A program made the translations under genes and the position numbers. Positions 8,102 to 15,482 of a stretch of DNA of 23,685 nt are shown in pieces. The notes beneath the pieces are model-generated. The model saw only the letters and a list, made by a program, of their open reading frames with translations. It was not told where the DNA came from and made no database searches. This DNA is from an uncultured virus (IMG/VR IMGVR_UViG_3300035436_000128). Lineage: Duplodnaviria > Heunggongvirae > Uroviricota > Caudoviricetes. Every line of letters starts with the position of its first letter. Position 1 is the stretch's first letter. The DNA is taken from the IMG/VR virus record IMGVR_UViG_3300035436_000128, positions 62,001-85,685 of that record; one strand, given 5' to 3'.

Positions 8102-9569
8102 TGGGATTGCCTCCTCCGTTGGATGTAGCACTTCCTTTAGAGGTGCCTTCGTTTAGTGATTTTTGTTGGGCACCGTCTTTATCGGTGACCATGTCTTTTG
8201 GTTGTGCCGGCGCCAGCATGCTATCCATGAATCCCGTACCAGAAAGGTTAGGTGCTCCTGGTGCTCTGGGGAAGGTGCCGGTTAAGTGAGCCGCTTCGTC
8301 GTCGGTGATGTACCCCGCCGATAGTTTCCGCATAATGTTCATAAAGTCGACGGACCTGTGGGCAGACAACTCGCTCTCAGGACGGAGGTCTACTGACTTG
8401 AATCGGAACTTGATATAACTGTCGGTACCGGCTACCAAGCGAGTGGCCAGAGTCAACGCCCTGCTCATCACGGTTTCGACGGGTCTGCGAACACCCTCGA
8501 CCATCTTCAGGAATACCAGTGACTCCGTGTTACTCAAGGACTGAGAGCCACCTATACGCATGCCCAATACAGAAGGCATGGTCTTCAGGGCTGACGCTAA
8601 CATGCCTGACAGGGTGTCCAGCATGCTGGAGTAATCTGCTTTGTCGCCGGCCGCCGAAATACTGTCGATCTCTGCACTGTCGTACATTACCACGGCGTCT
8701 TCGGGGTTAAGGTCTTTTAACAGGTCTTCGATCTGTGACCGGGTCGCTTCAAAGAACGCTGACATCTTATCAGCATCCGCTAATGTATCTGGGTCAGCCA
8801 TTTTAGCTACAGCCTCTTGGACAACCCTGACCACCATTCGAGTGTGCCCAGTCCTGCGTATAACCTTGAAGATGTCTTCCAGCAGGCCTTGGTACATGTA
8901 CAGCATGTTTAAAGCCGACTCGAAAGGCGACCTCGGAAAGATGCTGTTGCTTTGTTGGGCATGAGATGCGTAGAAGATCGTGGGCAAGTCCAGCGGAATC
9001 TTATCCCCCCCACCCGCAGGTATCTGCTGTGGGTAACGTCGACCTGTTGCTTTTGATACCCATTCAATCGTGTTGATGGGTATCGACACGATCTCCTCTG
9101 GTAACTGGAATTTGTTCAGGACCAACTCACCCATACAGGCACCAGTCTGGAGGACCTCTTTGATCATGGTTTCCAGGAGTGCGTCCAAGGCCTGCTTGCT
9201 TGAAAACCCCTCGGTGTAATCGTATAGGGTGTCCAGGGAGGCTAACACCGACTGGACCGCAAGCGTTGCAGCGGGGTCAAACTGGTGCGTACCGGCTGTG
9301 TAAGCGGTGACGGTATAGCCAGAAGACATACCCAACTGCAGGTAAGCGTTCAGGGCTGCAGAGAAGGTGCCGTCTGTCCTTGTGAGAATCCTAATGGCCG
9401 TTGTGACTGGCTGGGTTCTCAAATCCGAGATGGACGTGTTAAAGTAAGACCGCTCTGTATCGGTTATCGTAGCGCCTTCTGTTTTACGGTAACCCACATC
9501 CGTCACAGGCACTTTAGTCGCAACGACTCTTCGCGGTAAAGAAATTGGAGGGGCTTCGGCCATAAACAT
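8094..9569 (-). CDS. Portal protein
   Basis: 491 aa, first gene of the head operon, immediately upstream of the protease; size and synteny fit. Confidence 0.8.
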   Translation of the reverse strand: MFMAEAPPISLPRRVVATKVPVTDVGYRKTEGATITDTERSYFNTSISDLRTQPVTTAIRILTRTDGTFSAALNAYLQLGMSSGYTVTAYTAGTHQFDPAATLAVQSVLASLDTLYDYTEGFSSKQALDALLETMIKEVLQTGACMGELVLNKFQLPEEIVSIPINTIEWVSKATGRRYPQQIPAGGGDKIPLDLPTIFYASHAQQSNSIFPRSPFESALNMLYMYQGLLEDIFKVIRRTGHTRMVVRVVQEAVAKMADPDTLADADKMSAFFEATRSQIEDLLKDLNPEDAVVMYDSAEIDSISAAGDKADYSSMLDTLSGMLASALKTMPSVLGMRIGGSQSLSNTESLVFLKMVEGVRRPVETVMSRALTLATRLVAGTDSYIKFRFKSVDLRPESELSAHRSVDFMNIMRKLSAGYITDDEAAHLTGTFPRAPGAPNLSGTGFMDSMLAPAQPKDMVTDKDGAQQKSLNEGTSKGSATSNGGGNPNG

Positions 9570-9625
9570 CGCTCCGGTTGGAATTGTTAATTAACTCAAT
9601 AACTAAAGATTATTACATAACTGAC

Positions 9626-10081
9626 ATGAATACACCTATAGTTGGCAGCAAGTCCGATTACTTGCGTAACCTCGATGAGATCAACGACTGTCTGCTCGAC
9701 CTGGAGGAGATGTCCATGTTCCTGACCCCTGAACATAAGAAGCGGCTGCGTAAGTTGGTGGTCGACCAGACCGATGACACCATGTTTGGGGTAGACGAGG
9801 TCGAGGCCCAGTTCTTGATGGTCAAGAAGATCAGAGACCGGTTGGTTTCTTCAGACGGTCACCTTCTGGAGGAGGCTGACGTTAAACAAATCTCGGCTTT
9901 AGTGAGTGCTTCCAACTCTCTGATCAGCTTGTACTTCCGTAATCAAGGTATGATCGACCACCTCAAAGAGGTGTCCACGTTGAGGGAAGCCGTGACGGTT
10001 GCGATTCGGGAACTGGATCGGGATGCTCAAGCCAAGTTCTTCAACACGTTCGATAGGATCACAGGAGGTAGTCGTGATTAA
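9626..10081 (+). CDS. Putative terminase small subunit
   Basis: About 150-aa helical protein upstream of terL; first ATG at 9626; function inferred from position only. Confidence 0.5.
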   Translation: MNTPIVGSKSDYLRNLDEINDCLLDLEEMSMFLTPEHKKRLRKLVVDQTDDTMFGVDEVEAQFLMVKKIRDRLVSSDGHLLEEADVKQISALVSASNSLISLYFRNQGMIDHLKEVSTLREAVTVAIRELDRDAQAKFFNTFDRITGGSRD

Positions 10082-10126
10082 CGACTGGCTTGTTCTACTT
10101 ATTATCATTTTCCTGTTGGCGACGGC

Positions 10127-10306
10127 ATGATTAAAGTAACCATATGCGTTAACCAACGGTGCCCCCTCCGGCACCGTTGCGGTAAAGTCTTTGAGCCTCA
10201 AGAGGTACAGGGTACTATAGCTTACAAATTCTTCCACCCGACTCGGGATCAGGGCGGACAGGTTAGTTGTGGTGAGTTTAGTCAGAAGGTGTCGCATGGC
10301 CGGTAA
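10127..10306 (+). CDS. Small Cys-rich (Zn-binding?) protein, below the ORF-track cutoff
   Basis: Hand translation MIKVTICVNQRCPLRHRCGKVFEP...VSCGEFSQKVSHGR, 59 aa; fills the gap before terL and overlaps its start. Confidence 0.65.
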   Translation: MIKVTICVNQRCPLRHRCGKVFEPQEVQGTIAYKFFHPTRDQGGQVSCGEFSQKVSHGR

Positions 10307-11975
10307 TCTTATTTCCAATTTCAGGGAGTCCCTACAGGCTCAAGTGGATAGGTCCTCTTTGGTGACCTCCGACTGGATAGTCTCCAACTTCACGCACCCC
10401 AGGGATGACAGAAGGAACTGGTCGTGGAAGGATCATGAGTTCCAAATTGATATAGCCGATTGCGATGACAGGGAAGTGGCCGTTATCAAACCCGCTCAGA
10501 CGGGTTTGTCGACTTTACAGATACGTCTGATTCTGGCCTTCCTGGCTCAACATGACTACCTGAAAGCGGCTTACGTCCTGCCCACGTCTGCCTTCGCCCG
10601 GGAGTTCACACAAAGCCGGTTCAACCCAGCCATTGAGTCCAGCCCTAAGATCGCAGGATTGGTGTCGAGTGACACCGACAACACCTCTATCAAGAAGATA
10701 GGCTCCTGCTTCCTTATACTTCGAGGTACGTCGGGCACCACCTCCGCCATCTCTGTCGACTTAGACCTCCTGATCGTAGATGAGCTTGACTTCTGTTCTC
10801 AAGATGTTCTCTCCTCCTTCAGCTCAAGGTTGCAGCACTCGGACCTGAAACTTAAACGAGACTTCTCGACCCCAACCTTGCCCGGGTTTGGGATTTCGGC
10901 TAAGTATGCGGAGTCCTCGCAGGCTGTGAGGATGGTCAAGCACGATGTCTGTGGGCATTGGGTTAACCTGTCTTTCTTCAGTGACGTGGTGATTCCTGGG
11001 TTCGACCAAGCGACGTCCGATTTTAGGGTCGACCACCTGCCGTTCGTCGATGTCTCTCAGGCTTGGTACAAGTGCCCTCATTGTGGGCATGCTGTTACTG
11101 AGGCCAACCTTGCCGATCCGGACAAGAGGAGCTGGGTGGATAAGCACCCCGGCCACTTCCGGAAAGGCTTCCGGGTAACTCCTTGGGATTTGGTCAAGTA
11201 CAACCCTTTGGCAGAGGTCCTTGGGGATATCCGTAAATATCATTACGGAGATTGGGTTAATTTCAGGACAGGTTTGGAGTTTGAGTCCGCCGACAACTCC
11301 TTCATGGAGTCCGTGATCGACCGTAACACGGTTATCAACCCTGTTGCCTTAGATACCTTATTGGCAGGAGGGTATTATGGCCTGTTTATCGGGGTCGACT
11401 TGGGTAAAGTGGCCCATTTGGTGGTGGGCGCAGCCTCGGAAAAGGGGTTGGATATATTGTGTGCAGTGCAAATAGACGTCTCAAAACTGCCCGATCAGAA
11501 CCTTGGTAAGCTGCTTGTGAAGCTCTCAAGGGCGGTTAGGTGTCCACGGCAGGTGGTAGACAGCATGCCGGACTACTCCGTAGCGCTGCATTTACATGCC
11601 ATGAATTGTGGTTTTGGCGCCGTTTATGGCACGAATTCCTCGAATTTGGACATTTATGTGTGGGATGAGAAGAAGGGTATGGTCAAAATGGACCGAGACC
11701 TCCACTTTGACGACCTCGCCGGGGCTGTCAACTCGGGAAAAATACGGTTTCCAACAGACCAACCCCTAATGAAGCAGCATCTGTCCGTAATGAAGAAGGC
11801 CTCCGTGGAGACAGCCAAGGGTAAGGTCAAGAAATGGGTTTCGACCTCGACCGAGGACCACTTTGGCCATGCGTTAGGGTATTGCTGGGCTGCGTATGCT
11901 TCGATTTCGGAAAGGTATGTGCTGACGCCCTTGATTATGCCACCGAGCGTGGGCAAGGTTAGGCTGAAAACTTGA
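10296..11975 (+). CDS. terL: Terminase large subunit, lambda gpA-like family
   Basis: Walker A-like KPAQTGLST, Walker B LLIVDELD, STPT coupling motif, CPHC, nuclease IGVDLG and DHFGHA. ATG at 10296 with AAGGTG SD. Confidence 0.93.
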   Translation: MAGNLISNFRESLQAQVDRSSLVTSDWIVSNFTHPRDDRRNWSWKDHEFQIDIADCDDREVAVIKPAQTGLSTLQIRLILAFLAQHDYLKAAYVLPTSAFAREFTQSRFNPAIESSPKIAGLVSSDTDNTSIKKIGSCFLILRGTSGTTSAISVDLDLLIVDELDFCSQDVLSSFSSRLQHSDLKLKRDFSTPTLPGFGISAKYAESSQAVRMVKHDVCGHWVNLSFFSDVVIPGFDQATSDFRVDHLPFVDVSQAWYKCPHCGHAVTEANLADPDKRSWVDKHPGHFRKGFRVTPWDLVKYNPLAEVLGDIRKYHYGDWVNFRTGLEFESADNSFMESVIDRNTVINPVALDTLLAGGYYGLFIGVDLGKVAHLVVGAASEKGLDILCAVQIDVSKLPDQNLGKLLVKLSRAVRCPRQVVDSMPDYSVALHLHAMNCGFGAVYGTNSSNLDIYVWDEKKGMVKMDRDLHFDDLAGAVNSGKIRFPTDQPLMKQHLSVMKKASVETAKGKVKKWVSTSTEDHFGHALGYCWAAYASISERYVLTPLIMPPSVGKVRLKT

Positions 11976-12074
11976 GTTTGTTTAAATCCCGTTTTTTCAA
12001 AGTGGGTGGGATATGTCGAGGGGTGCTCCCACCCCCTTCTGGTGTCGAGTCGATACAAAAAAGTACCCTGGGTC

Positions 12075-12091
12075 CGCACCATCTTGGTGCA
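12075..12091. promoter_or_regulatory. NtrC-type binding site 1
   Basis: CGCACCATCTTGGTGCA versus consensus TGCACCA-N3-TGGTGCA. Confidence 0.75.
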
Positions 12092-12115
12092 AAACGGCCT
12101 AAACACCACCAAAAC

Positions 12116-12132
12116 CGCACCATCTTGGTGCA
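12116..12132. promoter_or_regulatory. NtrC-type binding site 2
   Basis: Identical to site 1, 41 bp downstream (about 4 helical turns). Confidence 0.75.
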
Positions 12133-12139
12133 CCACGCC

Positions 12140-12152
12140 TAAGTCGTTGATT
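12140..12152 (-). promoter_or_regulatory. IHF site
   Basis: Minus strand AATCAACGACTTA matches WATCAANNNNTTR exactly. Confidence 0.75.
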
Positions 12153-12238
12153 TACATCACATTATTTTACTTGACATTACTAAAACACCTTTTTTCTGTA
12201 TAAATTTTATACAATTTTAACTTTGTCAAGCACTTTCG

Positions 12239-12255
12239 TGCACCAATCTGGTGCA
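12239..12255. promoter_or_regulatory. NtrC-type binding site 3
   Basis: TGCACCAATCTGGTGCA, perfect 7-bp arms. Confidence 0.8.
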
Positions 12256-12291
12256 CCATAAGCATATAAGCTAACGCTAATAATCCTTTAA

Positions 12292-12304
12292 AATCAATAA
12301 CTTA
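12292..12304 (+). promoter_or_regulatory. IHF site
   Basis: AATCAATAACTTA matches WATCAANNNNTTR exactly, with an AT-rich 5' flank. Confidence 0.8.
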
Positions 12305-12319
12305 CAGAGTTTTTCGAGT

Positions 12320-12335
12320 TGGCATGATTGCTGCA
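12320..12335 (+). promoter_or_regulatory. Sigma54 (RpoN) -24/-12 promoter
   Basis: TGGCATGATTGCTGCA = GG-N10-GC; predicted +1 near 12346, 35 nt before ATG 12381. Confidence 0.8.
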
Positions 12336-12380
12336 TTATTTTAGGCTCACCCTACCTTCTTTTTTTTTGGAGTCATAACC

Positions 12381-13151
12381 ATGAACGCTCAAACTACAGT
12401 TACCCTGTCAATCGTTAGCCTTAAGTCAATCGACCGAGATATAAACACGCTTGTTTCCAGCTTAGGAAAAGCCGAAGACAAAATATTATCCATATGTAAT
12501 TCAATACTTACCGGGGCAAGCCAAGCTACCACGCAAAAAGATGTTAACGCTTTCTATCAGAAAGCTGCCACGCTAGCTGATAAGCTGGCTTTTTTCGGAA
12601 AACAAAAAACAGTAATAGCCTTTTTTAAAGGCAAAATCCCGCACAATATCAGCGCGGGTAAAGATGGGCATTACAAGCTAAGTAAGCTTGACACAAGCTT
12701 AATAAAATCAGCTGAAACCTTGCAAGCCGAAAAGGATAAGGCGGCCGATAATCGCGCGGCAGCTACGATTAAACGGCAAACCGAGCAGGCAGAAAAAGCC
12801 GCCAAACTGGCAAAATTCAGCGAGATGGAAAAACAATTGAATGACGTTCAATTGTCAGATAAGACTGAATTAAAAAAACAGCTAAACAGCATTAAAAAAC
12901 TGGCTGAAAAGGCTGAAATAGAAGCCACGGCAAACAAACAAGCGGCTGAAAAAGCTGGTAAACAAGCTGCCGTGGTTGCGAGTGAACTAGACGCGGCCAA
13001 ACTGGTTATAAAGGAATTAACCGATAAATTACACGACGCAGAAAGGATTACCGCTACCATGTCCGCGCGGATAAAATCAGATGCTGAGCTGATAGCATCA
13101 CTCAAGGCCGAAGTTAAGGCCTTGAACCGTATAGTCAACAAGGCCGCCTAA
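12381..13151 (+). CDS. First early-type gene, Ala/Lys-rich coiled-coil protein
   Basis: 256 aa, GGAG SD, long heptad-like C-terminal half. Confidence 0.85.
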   Translation: MNAQTTVTLSIVSLKSIDRDINTLVSSLGKAEDKILSICNSILTGASQATTQKDVNAFYQKAATLADKLAFFGKQKTVIAFFKGKIPHNISAGKDGHYKLSKLDTSLIKSAETLQAEKDKAADNRAAATIKRQTEQAEKAAKLAKFSEMEKQLNDVQLSDKTELKKQLNSIKKLAEKAEIEATANKQAAEKAGKQAAVVASELDAAKLVIKELTDKLHDAERITATMSARIKSDAELIASLKAEVKALNRIVNKAA

Positions 13152-13160
13152 TCGCTGCCA

Positions 13161-13224
13161 ATAGTCCCGGATTAATCCGGGACTATCTCAAACAGTGTTA
13201 ATTAACACTGTTTGAGATAGTCCC
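13161..13224. repeat. Two overlapping perfect palindromes (26 bp at 13161-13186; 46 bp at 13179-13224)
   Basis: ATAGTCCCGGATT|AATCCGGGACTAT and GGGACTATCTCAAACAGTGTTAA|TTAACACTGTTTGAGATAGTCCC. Confidence 0.95.
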
Positions 13225-13623
13225 TAGCGCAAGGAGTCGCGCGGCAAGTCTATGGACTTGTTTTCCTATGCTGCCCAGCTGGGCAGTAATAAGGCGTTAG
13301 TCATTGCTAAAACCTTGCACGTTCATTTAATGAGTGCTTAACCTAGCAAGCTGATTATTCGAGAGAATTACACGCAAAACCGATGTTATACACTTTTATT
13401 TATTGGTTCCTCTGTTCTACCATTGTAGAAAACGTGACAATAAAAAAGGCGTATAGTCTGGAAATCTGGCCTAATCGTTAACTGATACAGAAAAAGGTTA
13501 ATCGTTAGGCAGTGGGTAACCCCTTAACGTGTTTGCAATGGTAGCAAGAACGGCCAACCCAATGGCCGTGCGTTTTGGTGATTCCCTATAGTCTATAAAT
13601 TATTCACTATAGGGAATCACCAA
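13225..13623 (+). ncRNA. Candidate structured non-coding RNA
   Basis: No ORF in the track; at least 7 helices, some nested and with bulges; ends at a terminator. Confidence 0.45.
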
Positions 13624-13624
13624 C

Positions 13625-13660
13625 AAAAGCCGCAAGATATTCTAATCTTGCGGCTTTTTT
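13625..13660 (+). terminator. Rho-independent terminator
   Basis: AAAAGCCGCAAGAT-ATTCTA-ATCTTGCGGCTTTTTT. Confidence 0.9.
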
Positions 13661-13699
13661 ATGCCCTAAACTTTTAGCCTAATTAGATAAGGAATCTTT

Positions 13700-14098
13700 A
13701 TGAACACCCACCACATAAAAGCAAACCACACTTTAGCCCACAAAGCCAAACCGTTGGTTCAAGCCTTGTTCGAAGAGCATGGCGACGTTTTTATCGCCGT
13801 CCGTGGTTTGGAAACCGAATACGAAAACGGCGAAACAGACGAACGGGTCTACACCGTTTCCCTATGCCCCAACCAAGAACAAGTTTATGCCTATGAATGG
13901 CAGTATGTCTCTGCCAAGGAATGGCTGGAACACTATGAAACCCCACAATTTGGAATTGTAGACGGATACGGCAGGGAATGCTTTTCTACACGTTTTAAAA
14001 CCTTGAAGGAAGCCAAGGACGCTTTACAAGCCTTCGTCCTGGGCAACGACGAGCCACACAAATATTATGAACTTGATGTTCATAACTTCAGCATATAA
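13700..14098 (+). CDS. Hypothetical early protein
   Basis: 132-aa ORF, AAGGA SD. Confidence 0.8.
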   Translation: MNTHHIKANHTLAHKAKPLVQALFEEHGDVFIAVRGLETEYENGETDERVYTVSLCPNQEQVYAYEWQYVSAKEWLEHYETPQFGIVDGYGRECFSTRFKTLKEAKDALQAFVLGNDEPHKYYELDVHNFSI

Positions 14099-14123
14099 CC
14101 AACCAACCTTTTGGAGCAATCAA

Positions 14124-14489
14124 ATGAAAAAATTGGCATTCATAACCCGCCACACACCAACCCCAGCCCAGTACAAGCTTGCATCTGAGCAAGGATTCGA
14201 GCTTGATTTTGTGGGCGACAGGGACGCTTTTAGTTTTAATCCTGAAGAGTTTCAGGATTATGACGGCGTTGTCGTTGTGCATCCCTGGATGGCTCTTCAG
14301 GCCACAAGATGGGTGAACTTCATCGGCGTTTTCGAAAACGCCAACCGGGCGCCTGAAGGTGAAAGGCCTTCATTCGAAGCAGTGGCCTTGCACGTCATGG
14401 AAATGCCTCATTCGATTGAGGCAAACCTATACAAGGAAGTAATGGGCCTGGAAGCCCTGGAGATGGCAGAAAGGGATTTGACCTCATGA
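14124..14489 (+). CDS. Hypothetical protein with a motif pattern reminiscent of Csx15/Csx16/Csx20-type proteins
   Basis: GGAG SD; starts MKKLAFITRHTPTPAQ. The family call is tentative. Confidence 0.75.
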   Translation: MKKLAFITRHTPTPAQYKLASEQGFELDFVGDRDAFSFNPEEFQDYDGVVVVHPWMALQATRWVNFIGVFENANRAPEGERPSFEAVALHVMEMPHSIEANLYKEVMGLEALEMAERDLTS

Positions 14490-14662
14490 TTTCCATCTAT
14501 TCCGAGTCTGGCTTTTCATGCCAGTTTCAAAACCTGGATGCCGCGATTGAAGCGGCAAGGGATTACATATTTGCAAGGATGTGCAAGTGTGACCTTTCTG
14601 CAAGGGTTTGCATCATCGTAAAGGGAGTTTTTCTCAAGGCGTTAACTTGGGAAGACATTTGA
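14486..14662 (+). CDS. Hypothetical protein (58 aa, not in the ORF track)
   Basis: ATGA overlap with the upstream gene; MISIYSESGFSCQF...ALTWEDI. Confidence 0.6.
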   Translation: MISIYSESGFSCQFQNLDAAIEAARDYIFARMCKCDLSARVCIIVKGVFLKALTWEDI

Positions 14663-14689
14663 TAAATCTAATATCGAAGGAAACAAACC

Positions 14690-14941
14690 ATGCGAACGAA
14701 AGAAGAAATGCGAGCTGCAAGGCAGCTCGCAAGGGAAAACTGGAAGTCCCTAGACTTCCAAATAAATGACGAGCTTCTGGAGAAGTTCGATAAATTGCCA
14801 CAACAACATCATTGGTCGGCAAATATAGTCAAGGATGGAACCTTGACTATAACAACCTTCAGGCATGGGTTGTACGACTTGGCCGAAGCTAAAGAAGAGA
14901 TGGATAATTTTGTTAAGTTATTAGGCGACCCAATAAACTAA
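14690..14941 (+). CDS. Hypothetical protein
   Basis: 83 aa, AAGGA SD. Confidence 0.75.
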   Translation: MRTKEEMRAARQLARENWKSLDFQINDELLEKFDKLPQQHHWSANIVKDGTLTITTFRHGLYDLAEAKEEMDNFVKLLGDPIN

Positions 14942-15172
14942 ATGAACCTTCATCACGCCATTTTGGCCGAAGCCGCAAGGCTCGGCCAAACATTCGAAGG
15001 AATCGCAGGAATGAAGCGATTCCACGTTGTAATTCCAGGGTCGGGCGAAGGATTTGCCCAAACCTTGGCAGAAGCCGAAGCTTCGAAGGCCGCCGCCGAA
15101 GATATTATTCGGCGCCACAACCTCGATTTCGAAGCAACCGTCATTTCAACATTTCAACAATACTTGAAATGA
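14942..15172 (+). CDS. Hypothetical protein
   Basis: 76 aa, abuts the previous stop. Confidence 0.6.
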   Translation: MNLHHAILAEAARLGQTFEGIAGMKRFHVVIPGSGEGFAQTLAEAEASKAAAEDIIRRHNLDFEATVISTFQQYLK

Positions 15173-15425
15173 CATTAAAAATATCCATTTACGAAGCCGC
15201 CGAAGGCCGAAAATCGGCGGCGGAGTCATTTTCAGGCGGCGGAGGATCAACGTTAAACTTTTCCAAAAATCGGCAGGGATATATTACAGGAAAAGTGCAA
15301 AAAGTAAGGGAAATTAAAGGTACGAACAAGGCTCTTTAAAGAAAAATAAATTACTGAAATCATTTATCTTTTTTTTTAGCCTTTTTTTAGGGTACCTATA
15401 TTAGCATTCCTGAATATTTCCGTTG

Positions 15426-15482
15426 ATGTAATATATCCCTACCCCTATCACTTTTTTCGGTAGGGGTAGGGATATATTACAT
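15426..15482. repeat. Perfect 22-bp inverted repeat with a 13-nt spacer
   Basis: ATGTAATATATCCCTACCCCTA-N13-TAGGGGTAGGGATATATTACAT. Confidence 0.95.

Noticed and set aside
12074..12132. Repeat-spacer-repeat pattern (also 19892-19952) as a mini CRISPR array
   Set aside because: Only two short units each, spacers too short, no cas genes; the units fit protein-binding palindromes better.
12006..12203. 65-aa ORF after terL
   Set aside because: Runs through the regulatory palindromes and IHF site; no convincing SD.
13594..13617. TCACTATAGGGA matches the core of the T7 promoter
   Set aside because: Single copy, the specificity region differs, it is one arm of an 18-bp hairpin, and no phage RNA polymerase is in the window.
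15271..15285. GGCAGGGATATATT resembles a T-DNA border / IncP nic core
   Set aside because: It has an extra G at the critical position, there is no relaxase, and it is better explained as one of the local AGGGATATATTACA repeats.
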